A stretch of DNA of 64,000 nucleotides, from assembly GCA_963726455.1 (NCBI GenBank), contig CAVSCK010000004.1, forward strand, positions 1,696,001-1,760,000, read 5' to 3'. The notes under the pieces are model-generated. The model saw only the letters and a list, made by a program, of their open reading frames with translations, did not search any database and had not been told where the DNA came from. Positions 40,612 through 49,965 of the stretch are shown one piece after another. Position numbers and translations under genes: made by a program. Within the stretch, counting starts at the first letter, position 1; each line of letters begins with the position of its first letter. This stretch comes from an uncultured bacterium (GTDB lineage: Bacteria; Zixibacteria; MSB-5A5; CAIYYT01).

Positions 40612-41610
40612 ATGCCGGAATTTCGCCAGAATTTGGCAACAAAGGAGTGGGTGATACTAGCCACCGAGCGAGGCAGAAGGCCATCCGACTTTAGCAAAGA
40701 TCGACAACCTAGACCGTTACCACCATCATTCAAGGATGACTGCCCGTTTTGTCCCGGCAACGAAGACAAAACGCCGCCGGCTACGTATGTCTATCCCGAT
40801 AAAGGCGATTGGCAAGTCAGAGTGGTGCCAAACCGCTTTGCCGCCTTGCAGCCGAATCTGGCGACAACGCGCTCCTATTCCGGCAGATTCCTTTCCGCCA
40901 AGGGATTCGGCGTTGCCGAGGTCCTAATCGAAAGCCCAAGGCACGACCAGACAATTGCCACCATGGATATCAAGGAAATCGGAAACGTTCTTCGCGCTTA
41001 CCGCCAGCGCATTGTCGAGATTCGCAAGAACGACAAGATCAACCTGATAACGGTGTTTCGCAATCATGGCCCGCTGGCAGGCACCTCGCTGGAACATCCG
41101 CATTCGCAGATCATTGCCACACCGATTGTCCCGCCGCATGTCCGGTACCCGATGGAACAGGCGGTACTCCATTACGACAAACATGGCACCTGTGTCTATT
41201 GCGACATGATTGATGAGGAATTGCGCCAGAAGGAACGGATCGTCGTCGAGACGGACTACTTCCTGGCAGTCTGCCCTTATGCCGCCCGTTCGCCCTTTGA
41301 GTGCCGCATCTATCCCAAACGGCATATGGCCAGTTTCGCAACCGTGGATGGCGAGGAGATTATGGAATTGGCCACGTTGTTGCGCGAATTGCTGGCGAAG
41401 ATATACACCGGATTGGGAAATCCGGATTACAACTATGTTATGAGATCCGCGCCGATCGGCGACGAAGACACGCGGCACCTGCACTGGTATATTGTGGTAA
41501 TTCCCAAGATTTCGATTCCGGCTGGATTCGAAATCGGCTCGGGGATTTACATCAATACGGTAGCCCCTGAGGAAGCGGCGTCGTTTTTGAAGAGCGTGGA
41601 TATCCGGTAG
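40612..41610 (+). CDS. galT: Galactose-1-phosphate uridylyltransferase family (GalT-like)
   Basis: ERGRRP, CPFCPGNE, VRVVPNRFAAL, FRNHG..AGTSLEHPHSQ (HPH), AGFEIGSG. Confidence 0.92.
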   Translation: MPEFRQNLATKEWVILATERGRRPSDFSKDRQPRPLPPSFKDDCPFCPGNEDKTPPATYVYPDKGDWQVRVVPNRFAALQPNLATTRSYSGRFLSAKGFGVAEVLIESPRHDQTIATMDIKEIGNVLRAYRQRIVEIRKNDKINLITVFRNHGPLAGTSLEHPHSQIIATPIVPPHVRYPMEQAVLHYDKHGTCVYCDMIDEELRQKERIVVETDYFLAVCPYAARSPFECRIYPKRHMASFATVDGEEIMELATLLRELLAKIYTGLGNPDYNYVMRSAPIGDEDTRHLHWYIVVIPKISIPAGFEIGSGIYINTVAPEEAASFLKSVDIR

Positions 41611-41622
41611 TTCAGTAGTCTG

Positions 41623-42732
41623 CTATTTGTTGACCAACGTAAACACCACGATTTCCGGGCGATTTCCCGTGCGCAACGGCGGACCCCAGGTTCCAGCGCC
41701 ACTGCTGGTGTAAATAGAAAAATCCCCGTCGGTGTGCAGACCATAGTCATAGTTGTTGTAGACCTTGTGCGTGATGTAATTGAATGGCCACATCTGACCG
41801 ACATGAGTATGACCGCACAACAGCAGGTTCACGCCGCTTTCCTGAAACGGCTCGAACCCGACAGGGGGATGGAAGAGCGCAATCGTTGGTCTGCCCTGCA
41901 CGATTCGCTTGAGTGTCGCATCCATTGCGTCTCGGTTGCCTCCAGTCGGATACTCGATACCCACCAGTTGAATACTGTCCAGATCGATGATCTCGTTTCG
42001 AAGCACCCTTACCGGAAGTTCCTCCAGCGCTTTCAGGCATTTGTCGACGCCGACGTAAGTCTCGTGATTGCCGGTAATAAAATAGGTTCCCAATTTCGGC
42101 TTTAGGCGCGCCAGCGGATAAGCCAGACTGTTTAGATCAGGACTGGCGCCGTCGAAAAGATCGCCGGTGATGAACACAACATCGGGATTGATCTTGTTGA
42201 TCTTGGCGACAATCCGGGTCATGAACGACTCGCGGTTTATCGCGCCGAGATGAATATCTGAAATCTGAACGATCTTGCGATTATGCCAGTTTCCGGGCAA
42301 ATTCTTAATCGGAACGGTCACATACCGCACCACGGGATTGGCGGCATTAACCAGACCGTAGGTGGAATATCCCACTGCGCACAAAAGAAAGAACGCACCG
42401 ATGATCCGCCAGTGGGCCGAATGAAATATCAGCGCGCTCAATCCACCGCCGATCCAGGTCAGGATCACTGACATAGTTATATATAGAAATGCTCCGAGCC
42501 AGATTCCCGAAATCAGATAGAAACTACCGGTGAAAAAATTCTCCCAACGATGTACCAAGAGTGAAGCGCAGATAAAACTGGCCGATAGCAGCAGGATCGT
42601 AATCCCGAGGCCGCGCTTGAAAAGTGGATCAGTAATATGGAAGAATTTCACCCACGAGAAATAGAGTCCTGCGTGAAACAGGAATATTAGCGTAAATCCG
42701 ATCGCGATAAAGGTGTGAAACTGTAATCTCAT
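41623..42732 (-). CDS. Membrane-anchored metallophosphoesterase (YkuE/YaeI-like)
   Basis: Four TM helices, then SDIHLG, TGDLFD, GNHE, H.P, GHTH.GQ, GTWGPPLR. Confidence 0.92.
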   Translation of the reverse strand: MRLQFHTFIAIGFTLIFLFHAGLYFSWVKFFHITDPLFKRGLGITILLLSASFICASLLVHRWENFFTGSFYLISGIWLGAFLYITMSVILTWIGGGLSALIFHSAHWRIIGAFFLLCAVGYSTYGLVNAANPVVRYVTVPIKNLPGNWHNRKIVQISDIHLGAINRESFMTRIVAKINKINPDVVFITGDLFDGASPDLNSLAYPLARLKPKLGTYFITGNHETYVGVDKCLKALEELPVRVLRNEIIDLDSIQLVGIEYPTGGNRDAMDATLKRIVQGRPTIALFHPPVGFEPFQESGVNLLLCGHTHVGQMWPFNYITHKVYNNYDYGLHTDGDFSIYTSSGAGTWGPPLRTGNRPEIVVFTLVNK

Positions 42733-42746
42733 GCGGGAATAATTAA

Positions 42747-42772
42747 ACCGGCGTGCGTAATTGCACGCCGGT
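42747..42772 (-). terminator. Intrinsic terminator-like hairpin after the cytochrome c gene
   Basis: ACCGGCGTGC-N6-GCACGCCGGT perfect 10-bp stem, followed by TTAATTATT on the minus strand. Confidence 0.6.
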
Positions 42773-42816
42773 CGGACATTTGATGTTATAGATGCAAGAA
42801 AGACCTGGAGCCGTAA

Positions 42817-43398
42817 CTAGCCCTTCTTCACTTCGGTCGCCTTCGGGAACAACTGGTGCATTCCCTTCGGGTCTTTCACGTACTTGTCGAAATCGAAGCC
42901 CTTAAAGGTCGGGGACTTCTCGTTATGGCATCTCACGCAGATTTCCTTGGTCGGCTGGGTCAGGCCATTGGCCATCGCGGCTTTCACGTCTTTCATGATC
43001 GCCTGGGTCTTATAAGCAGATCCAGCGCCGTGGCAAACTTCGCACTGTACTCCGGTCAACATTGCGCCGGCTGCATCTTTACCAGTGGAATGGCAACCGA
43101 TGCAATCCTCTTTCTTCTGTTCTTCCGGTTTCAGAGCTTCCCATGCCTTGGCATGCACGGTCGTCATCCATGAGTCATACTGCTTCTTGTGACAGAGCTT
43201 GCATTTGTCTTTGCCGACGAATTCAAACTTGCCGGCGGCCGGTTTGGCGGCAGGGGCTTTTGCCTCGCCCTTGGCCGGAGCAGCGGTCTCAGTCTTGGCA
43301 GGAGCGGTCTTGGTCGTATCTTGGGCCATCAGGTTCCCAAAGACCAAGGCGAACGCAGCCACCAGAACAACGGCCAAAACGAATAACTTCTTGCTCAT
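42817..43398 (-). CDS. Periplasmic tetraheme cytochrome c (c554-like)
   Basis: Signal peptide, Ala/Pro/Lys linker, four CxxCH motifs (CKLCH, CIGCH, CEVCH, CVRCH), VQCE.CHG.GS motif. Confidence 0.9.
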   Translation of the reverse strand: MSKKLFVLAVVLVAAFALVFGNLMAQDTTKTAPAKTETAAPAKGEAKAPAAKPAAGKFEFVGKDKCKLCHKKQYDSWMTTVHAKAWEALKPEEQKKEDCIGCHSTGKDAAGAMLTGVQCEVCHGAGSAYKTQAIMKDVKAAMANGLTQPTKEICVRCHNEKSPTFKGFDFDKYVKDPKGMHQLFPKATEVKKG

Positions 43399-43466
43399 TC
43401 CTAGTCTCCTCCTGAGAGTTAACGTTTGTTACTTTTTGTACAATCTTCTGCCTTACTAGTTGCCCG

Positions 43467-43494
43467 AATATATGCCGAAGTCAGCGGCTGTCAA
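43467..43494 (-). promoter_or_regulatory. Putative promoter of the cytochrome c gene
   Basis: TTGACA-N16-TATATT on the minus strand. Confidence 0.55.
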
Positions 43495-43630
43495 GAAAAT
43501 AAATGTAAATTTGACTCCTCTTCATCCGATCTAATTAGGGTGAATCCGTTCGCCTCGGTGCACACGATGATTATACATTCGACACCCAAAAACCTGCTAA
43601 CTCCAAGTCGTGAAATAAAATGTTTTTTTG

Positions 43631-43659
43631 TTGATTTCGAATTGAGGAGATTTTACATT
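43631..43659 (+). promoter_or_regulatory. Putative promoter of the OmpA-family gene
   Basis: TTGATT-N17-TACATT. Confidence 0.45.
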
Positions 43660-43791
43660 TTCGCTTCACTGGTCCGGAAGAATTATGTCCGGTCTGCTCT
43701 GGGATAATGAGTTTCCATGGAGGGATTCGTTGCACTTATTCCCCTCTGAGGATGAAATAGTAATTAAACCCTAGTTGGGAGGGAACAAACT

Positions 43792-45288
43792 TTGCGTAAA
43801 GCGATCGTATTCATCATGATGCTTGCTTTGGTAGCTGCTATAGCAGCGCCTGCGTCTGCCTATGACGAGACCGGCAAGCTCGGCCTGAGCTACCGCTTCG
43901 GCTTCCATACCGTGACCAAGAGCCCCTGGAAACTGAATTTCATGCACGGTGGTGAGATAAAGTGGGGCGTCCATAAGAACGTGGCCATTGCCCTGACCGG
44001 CGTTTATGGTCGCACTCATGGTGGGATACTGGAAACGGGAGCGACCAAATTCACCAAGATGGACGACAAGAACGGCCTGAAGACCTACAGACTTCGCAAC
44101 TACATTGCCGAATTGGGTCCCGTTGTTAATCTCATGCCCGACAAGAACTTTAATGTCTACTTGACGGCGGGCGCCGGTGTCGGTGGCTGGACGATCAGAG
44201 ACCCTATGAATCGCAACAACATTGTGTCCGTGAATTACAAGGGCAAGAACTACATGCTGCAGGATCAGCAGTTTACTCTGATGTTCGGCGCCGGTTTTGA
44301 GTACTTTCTGATTCCTGAATTCTCGATCGGAGCAGCGGCCCGCTATCACGCGTTCACCAAAGTGCTTTCGGATTTCAGGGACGGCGACGCTAAAGACCTT
44401 GCCAGTTCCACGAACCTTGATCTTCACAAGGGGTTGCTTGAAGTAGGCGGCGTACTCACCGCTTACTTGGGAAGATGCGTTGACTCCGATGAAGACGGCG
44501 TCTGCGACAAAGATGATAAGTGCCCTGACACGCCGAAAGGTTGCAAGGTTGATGCCAATGGCTGTCCCCTTGATGCCGATGGCGACGGCGTTTGCGACGG
44601 CTTGGACAAATGCCCAGACACTCCGAAGGGCTGCACGGTCGACATCAACGGATGCCCGATGGATACCGACGGTGACGGTGTTTGCGATGGCGTAGATAAG
44701 TGCCCGGATACCCCGAAAGGCTGCAAAGTCGACGCGGTAGGTTGCCCGATTGATTCCGATCACGATGGTGTTCCTGACTGCCTCGACAAATGCCCCGACA
44801 CGCCTTCCTGTTGCAAGGTCGACGTCAACGGTTGCCCGATTGATTCCGACGGCGACGGCGTTTGTGACGGCTGCGACAAGTGCCCGGGAACTCCGGCTGG
44901 TATGAAGGTTGATGCAGATGGTTGCCCGACCGAATACAAGATCGAAAAGGAAATGGAACTGACGGAAGTTCAGTTTATCGTGAACACCTGGACATTGACT
45001 GACAAGGCAAAGAAGTCGCTTGATGAAGTTGCCAAGTCATTGGCTGCGTTCCCGCACGTCAATCTTGAAGTTCAGGGATACACCGACATTTCCGGCCGTA
45101 AGGGTTGGAACGACACGCTGTCACAGCGTCGTGCGGATGCCGTGGTTGACTACTTCGTATCGAAGGGCTTGGACATCGCCAGATTCACCACAAAGGGATT
45201 TGGCTCAGAGAATCCGAAATACGACAACAAGACCGTTGAAGGTCGTGTCAAGAATCGTCGCGTGGAGATGATTCGCTTGAATCAGTAG
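43792..45288 (+). CDS. OmpA-family protein: N-terminal beta-barrel, thrombospondin type-3 repeats, C-terminal peptidoglycan-binding domain
   Basis: TTG start with GGGAGG RBS; signal peptide; DxDxDGVxDxxDKCP repeats; QGYTD..G...N..LS.RRA..V, GR.KNRRVE. Confidence 0.93.
   Translation: MRKAIVFIMMLALVAAIAAPASAYDETGKLGLSYRFGFHTVTKSPWKLNFMHGGEIKWGVHKNVAIALTGVYGRTHGGILETGATKFTKMDDKNGLKTYRLRNYIAELGPVVNLMPDKNFNVYLTAGAGVGGWTIRDPMNRNNIVSVNYKGKNYMLQDQQFTLMFGAGFEYFLIPEFSIGAAARYHAFTKVLSDFRDGDAKDLASSTNLDLHKGLLEVGGVLTAYLGRCVDSDEDGVCDKDDKCPDTPKGCKVDANGCPLDADGDGVCDGLDKCPDTPKGCTVDINGCPMDTDGDGVCDGVDKCPDTPKGCKVDAVGCPIDSDHDGVPDCLDKCPDTPSCCKVDVNGCPIDSDGDGVCDGCDKCPGTPAGMKVDADGCPTEYKIEKEMELTEVQFIVNTWTLTDKAKKSLDEVAKSLAAFPHVNLEVQGYTDISGRKGWNDTLSQRRADAVVDYFVSKGLDIARFTTKGFGSENPKYDNKTVEGRVKNRRVEMIRLNQ
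44476..44931 (+). repeat. Five tandem ~90-bp (30-aa) TSP3-like repeats inside the OmpA-family gene
   Basis: Repeat unit CP.D.DGDGVCDG.DKCPDTPKGC.VD.NG. Confidence 0.9.
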
Positions 45289-45310
45289 TGAACATTACCA
45301 ATTAATGGCA

Positions 45311-45344
45311 GAAGCGCCGGTCAAACGACCGGCGCTTTTGTTTT
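45311..45344 (+). terminator. Intrinsic terminator after the OmpA-family gene (possibly bidirectional)
   Basis: AAGCGCCGGTC-aaac-GACCGGCGCTT stem followed by TTGTTTT; lies between convergent genes. Confidence 0.85.
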
Positions 45345-45391
45345 GCCGACGGGGCGGATGTGAACTTGGGGGAAAACCTGTAATCTATTGC

Positions 45392-47488
45392 CTATTTGTG
45401 TTTCTTCGCCGATTTGACAGGACGGTTGGCGGCGCCTACGTTGAACTCGCTCGTGACGCGACGCTGATTACCGCAGCGGTCGGTAACTCTGATGTCGAGC
45501 AGGTGCTTGCCGGCGGAAAGATCGAAGTACGGAGTCGATGTCAGCGTGGATGCTTCGGGATCATATACCGGTATGCACCAGCGCCCGTCTATCCTAACCT
45601 CGAATGAGTCGCGAACACCCGATAGGTTGTCATTTACTTTACATCTAATTGTCGGACGGACCGACATCACCGACGCCTTGGAAGCAGGCACAACCTGGCG
45701 AATTGTCGGCGGGATGGTATCAATGCGCATAATCACCGTCCCCGGGCGGTAGGACTTGGCCGTTACTGCGACGGCTGCGCTGTCCATGTCATTGCCCAAC
45801 CAACTTAGTTGATTCGATGACCCAAGATAAAGAGCTGCTCCCCGTGGAATTGTTGTATCGAACTTGTAGGCGAATGTTACCTGCTTGGCGAAGGGGAAAT
45901 CGTTCGGAATAAGCGTGTATGAAAGCGCGTTTGAGCCCTTGCCAGTCTCAATTTCATAGTAGTATTGACGATCGAGCGGAAAACAGGCATCAGCCAGAGG
46001 CGGCAACGTGACTGCAAGCCTTCCGTCAGCGGACACGACGTTGCCTTTCGCCTTGTCATTGGATAACCAGGCGCGACGAAAATCCGTCTTAATGGAATCC
46101 TGTTGCGAAGAACCATCGGTAGACTTGAGTGACCAATACACGTAAAGAGTCTCGCCACCACTCAGATAATCTTTGCCGCCAACCGAGTCAACCAAACCGA
46201 GCCAATACCCGCCACCAAGGTCAGTGAAACCGCCTGACTCAGCCACCGATCTCCGGGCAGAGGTGAAACTAAGTCCGTTAGCATGGGGCTTAAGCGTGCG
46301 AATCAAAGAGTAGAGCCGGTTGCCCGCGGGGATGAAGCTTAATGTCAGGTCGCCATGTGCGGTTCCTAACTTGTCCGACAAAGCGGCGAGTCGGGCGAAG
46401 TCGGGTTTGGTACTCAATTTCCACGGATCGTGATTTACTTTGCGCACCGGGACTACGGCGCGACTTTCGTTACCGGCAATGTCGCGTGCCACCAGAGTAA
46501 GAGTGTAAACTTGGTCTCCGCCTTCACGGCAAAGTCCCGTGCCTTCGTCGGCTTGTTTGTAAGACACCAGATTATGGAAGTCCGTCGCTCCGTGTATGGC
46601 CATTTGGAAGTTACGCTCCATATCGACCAGATACGTGTTGTCGAAACTGAGACTGTCGTAGGTCATTTGATAGAGCAATTGACTGCCCTGACGTAATTCC
46701 AGTGAGTAGATTGACCGAATCCAGGGACTCGTGTCCATGTGGTCGATGGCCTCGACCGAGAGCCAGAAGTCAAAACCGTCACATTCTAAGGTATCGTTCA
46801 GCACATATTCCGACGACCGCGGTTTCTTCACGAAGCTGTAATCGAGTTTATGTCCCAGCGCCCGTTCCAGTTCTTCGTTCCAATTCCCGATCAGATGCAG
46901 CCGGCGAAATTCTGGTGCTTCGGTATCGGTTTGCTTCAGGCCATCAAAACCGAGCGGATTGAGCGGAGTGTTTTCCGGAGTGCGAACCTCAAAATGCAAA
47001 TGCGGCGCGCCGACTCCGGTCTGGCCGCTGTAACAAATTGTGTCGCCGCGATGGTAGCGGAATTGAGTTGCGTCCAGAAATATGTTCTGATTGTATGACT
47101 CTGATTTGATCTGCCGCTCCTGGACGTATTTCTCGACCTCCGGACGAAAGTGATCGAGGTGCCCAAACACCGCCACTTTGCCGTCAACCATCTGAAAATA
47201 GAGCGCCTTGCCGTAGCCATAATATGCCATCGAAATCCGCATGACGTAGCCGTCCGCCGGAGCCAGAACGGGCAAACCGATCTTTCCGCCCGTGCGGACA
47301 TCGAGCCCGGCATGGTAATGGCGCGTGCGCCAATCGCCAAACGAAGACGACAATTCCTTCCCGTACGGCAACGGCCACAAGTATTCGGAGTGAGCTACCT
47401 CACTGAGAAGAATCGAGACTAGTAGCAGAAGCGTCCAGAATGAAGAGGACTTTGATGCGCGGGATATATACTTGGTGAGAAATTTCAA
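45392..47488 (-). CDS. M23 family metallopeptidase with long C-terminal Ig-like region
   Basis: SSSFGDWR..HYHAGLD, GYGKALY, FGHL, GQTG...PHLHFEVR. The start is uncertain (TTG 47488 chosen; the ORF-track start overlaps the next gene). Confidence 0.85.
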   Translation of the reverse strand: MKFLTKYISRASKSSSFWTLLLLVSILLSEVAHSEYLWPLPYGKELSSSFGDWRTRHYHAGLDVRTGGKIGLPVLAPADGYVMRISMAYYGYGKALYFQMVDGKVAVFGHLDHFRPEVEKYVQERQIKSESYNQNIFLDATQFRYHRGDTICYSGQTGVGAPHLHFEVRTPENTPLNPLGFDGLKQTDTEAPEFRRLHLIGNWNEELERALGHKLDYSFVKKPRSSEYVLNDTLECDGFDFWLSVEAIDHMDTSPWIRSIYSLELRQGSQLLYQMTYDSLSFDNTYLVDMERNFQMAIHGATDFHNLVSYKQADEGTGLCREGGDQVYTLTLVARDIAGNESRAVVPVRKVNHDPWKLSTKPDFARLAALSDKLGTAHGDLTLSFIPAGNRLYSLIRTLKPHANGLSFTSARRSVAESGGFTDLGGGYWLGLVDSVGGKDYLSGGETLYVYWSLKSTDGSSQQDSIKTDFRRAWLSNDKAKGNVVSADGRLAVTLPPLADACFPLDRQYYYEIETGKGSNALSYTLIPNDFPFAKQVTFAYKFDTTIPRGAALYLGSSNQLSWLGNDMDSAAVAVTAKSYRPGTVIMRIDTIPPTIRQVVPASKASVMSVRPTIRCKVNDNLSGVRDSFEVRIDGRWCIPVYDPEASTLTSTPYFDLSAGKHLLDIRVTDRCGNQRRVTSEFNVGAANRPVKSAKKHK

Positions 47489-47516
47489 GTTGCCTGACTG
47501 AGTCTGACTGCCAATA

Positions 47517-48584
47517 TCAGAACAGCTCATAGTTCTGCCCGTGAGATGTGTCTCTCCTGGATGCGCGCTCGGTGGCAACCCTGCCAGCTGAATGCTCTTT
47601 GGAGGGAGTGTGATGGGCAGGGACTTGATCGCTGCGAAATCCTTTGGTGAGATATTCGGCGTCGAATCCGAGATCGCGCAGAAGCTCGGCGAACCGGGCC
47701 TCGCCATGCAACGTGTAAATCTTGCGAGGACCGCATTGCTCAATATACGAAAGTAGCTGCGTGTAATCGGCGTGATCAGAGAGAGGCAAGCCGTCGGCTC
47801 CGACGGTAAAGCTCTTCCTGGCGCCGACAGACCAGCCGCTGAGAAAGAGGGTCTTCTTTCGTTTCAACTGCTTGAATTCGTCCTGACGCGTGGTCTGCGG
47901 CGCGACAACCACCACTTTGCCGTCCAAGGAAGTATGAAGATAATGGCTGGTCGGCTGGAGCTTGACGCCCGCGGCGCGATAAAGCTGGTTCATTTTGGAT
48001 ATGGAAGTATCGACGCAAACAGTGAAGCCATGTTGCTGCATCAGCATGACGGCCTCTTGTGATTTGCCCATCGTATACCCGATCAACACCGGGATGTTGC
48101 GGTCGGCGAGGACGCGTTTCACGAAGCTAATAATACGAGTATATACCTCGTTCTGCGGCGGAAAGGAATAGCTCGGATCTCCGTACGTTGATTCCATGAT
48201 CAGTATGTCGCAGCGACGTGTTTCCAGCGGAGGACAGGTCAGATTGGGATAGATTTTGAAATCGCCGGTGTAGACGATGCGCGTATGATTGACTTCCACC
48301 ATGATTTGCGCGGCTCCCAGCATATGTCCGGATGGGAAAAGCTCCACCGAGGCGTCGCCGAATTTGACACTCCGACCGAACGGAAGAACGCGCGTCGGCA
48401 CATTCGGGAAACGTTGCCGATAGAGCAGAGCCGTTTCCGCCGTGGCGAGAATACGACCATGCTTGCGGGCGTGATCGAAATGAGCATGGGAGACATACGC
48501 AAAATCGGCGGTTCTGCCCGGATCGAGCAGGAAGTCGAGTCCCTCAATGGCAATGCCATTGTCGTAAGTTATTAATGGTGGCAC
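47517..48584 (-). CDS. MBL-fold/beta-CASP nuclease (ligase-associated DNA-damage exonuclease-like)
   Basis: SHAHFDH, SGHMLGAAQ, YTGDFK, MESTYG, GKSQE, LSDHAD, TLHG. Confidence 0.85.
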   Translation of the reverse strand: MPPLITYDNGIAIEGLDFLLDPGRTADFAYVSHAHFDHARKHGRILATAETALLYRQRFPNVPTRVLPFGRSVKFGDASVELFPSGHMLGAAQIMVEVNHTRIVYTGDFKIYPNLTCPPLETRRCDILIMESTYGDPSYSFPPQNEVYTRIISFVKRVLADRNIPVLIGYTMGKSQEAVMLMQQHGFTVCVDTSISKMNQLYRAAGVKLQPTSHYLHTSLDGKVVVVAPQTTRQDEFKQLKRKKTLFLSGWSVGARKSFTVGADGLPLSDHADYTQLLSYIEQCGPRKIYTLHGEARFAELLRDLGFDAEYLTKGFRSDQVPAHHTPSKEHSAGRVATERASRRDTSHGQNYELF

Positions 48585-48610
48585 AATAGATTGCGAGTAA
48601 ATGTCGTCCG

Positions 48611-49093
48611 CTAAAGTTTGTAACCGATCTTTCTCAAGAATTCGTGGCGCTTCTTCTTGGCGGCATCATCTTCGATTCCCAGCGGCTTTTCGCCGTCGAC
48701 TACGCCCAGAATTCCATTACCCTGTTGCGTGCGAGCCACCAGCACTTCCACCGGGTTAGCGGTCGCACAGAACAGATTCACCACTTCATATACGTTCTTG
48801 AGACTCGTCAGAATGTTCACTGGAAAAGCATCTTTCATGAAGATCAGGAACGAATGCCCGGCGCCTATCTTAAGAATAGTATCGGCTGCTGCTTTCGCCA
48901 GCACGGGATCGTTTCCCGAAAAGCGCACCAGCCGGTCGCCGGAGGCCTCACAAAACGCGACACCAAACTTGACGGTCGGCACCGAGTTGACCATCAATTC
49001 ATGAATATCTTCAACGCTCTTAATGAAATGCGTCATGCCGAGCACCAGATTGCACCCTTCCTGCATGTCGATCTTAATGGTATCTATGTCCAT
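48611..49093 (-). CDS. Adenosine-specific kinase (DUF355 family)
   Basis: NLVLG.THFIKSVED, FG.AFCEASG, IGAGHSF, FCATANP, GILGVVDG, LRKIGYKL. Confidence 0.9.
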   Translation of the reverse strand: MDIDTIKIDMQEGCNLVLGMTHFIKSVEDIHELMVNSVPTVKFGVAFCEASGDRLVRFSGNDPVLAKAAADTILKIGAGHSFLIFMKDAFPVNILTSLKNVYEVVNLFCATANPVEVLVARTQQGNGILGVVDGEKPLGIEDDAAKKKRHEFLRKIGYKL

Positions 49094-49101
49094 AACTGCT
49101 C

Positions 49102-49965
49102 CTACTTTGCATCGCCCGAAGAGAAATATCGGTGATCAAAGAGCGAATCGGCAATCGAATTGTCGCAAGTATATGAGGAGTATTCTTCGATCACACCGAA
49201 TCTCCCTTTGAAGAACAAGAAGCCCGCCTTGCCCTTCAACTCGAATCGCTTGGGCAGATACAGTGTGCTGTCGTTGTCCGTGACCACGGCGTAGTCCATT
49301 TGGAAGTCCAGCATATCAACAAAATGAGGAAGTTTGGCCGGCGCGAACGTCGTCCTAAGTACGCCAAACGTCTTGGCGTCAATCCAGTAGGTTGCCATGA
49401 GATGACGTGAATCGGAGGTTTTGGAACGTGCCATCACAACATAATAGCTCATAAGCTTTTCGACCGACTGATCGACAGCGCCCCGGGCAGTCGCAATGGT
49501 TGAAGGAACAACATCAAAAGTCGAGTCCCCCTGCCCGATCAAGTAATAGTCATAGGCGGCCATTCCTTCGATGGTCATCGGATCGACGAAGTTTTCCTTC
49601 GAGCCCTCCTGCTTATCCTTGTCCTTCTGCTCCTCCTGCCATTTCTCGTTCAAGTCAGCGACACGTTTTTTGATCTCGTCGGGAGGCAATTGCTTACCGT
49701 CTTCTTCGATCGATAGAATCTCTTCCGAGGTTCGATCACCCCAGACATACATCTTGCGTTTGGTGATAGTAGTTTCATCCGGCTTCATGTTCTTGTCATA
49801 CTTGATCTTGTTGGTCGTAGCCAGAGCCGTGTACTTGTCGCAATGCTTCTTGTCCTGCTCCTGCTTCGCAATCACAGACTTGATTATGTCCTGAGGAGAC
49901 GGGTTCTGGGCCAGAAGAGTTCCGACAAACAACAGCGATATTGCCAGGGCAATCAAGCTCTTCAA
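49102..49965 (-). CDS. Secreted hypothetical protein
   Basis: Signal peptide (LLA-Q); beta-rich C-terminus with YWID; translationally coupled to the upstream gene. Confidence 0.7.
   Translation of the reverse strand: MKSLIALAISLLFVGTLLAQNPSPQDIIKSVIAKQEQDKKHCDKYTALATTNKIKYDKNMKPDETTITKRKMYVWGDRTSEEILSIEEDGKQLPPDEIKKRVADLNEKWQEEQKDKDKQEGSKENFVDPMTIEGMAAYDYYLIGQGDSTFDVVPSTIATARGAVDQSVEKLMSYYVVMARSKTSDSRHLMATYWIDAKTFGVLRTTFAPAKLPHFVDMLDFQMDYAVVTDNDSTLYLPKRFELKGKAGFLFFKGRFGVIEEYSSYTCDNSIADSLFDHRYFSSGDAK

Noticed and set aside
43530-43610. GGGTGAATCC...GCTAACTCC resembling fragments of the c-di-AMP (ydaO) riboswitch
   Set aside because: Lacks the upstream GCGGGGGA element and the expected pairings, and lies upstream of the putative promoter.
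43771-44763. 330-aa minus-strand ORF
   Set aside because: Antisense shadow of the OmpA-family gene, produced by codon bias and repeats; no motifs.
44476-44931. Regular repeats as a possible CRISPR array
   Set aside because: Coding 90-bp repeats with synonymous variation, no unique spacers, no cas genes.
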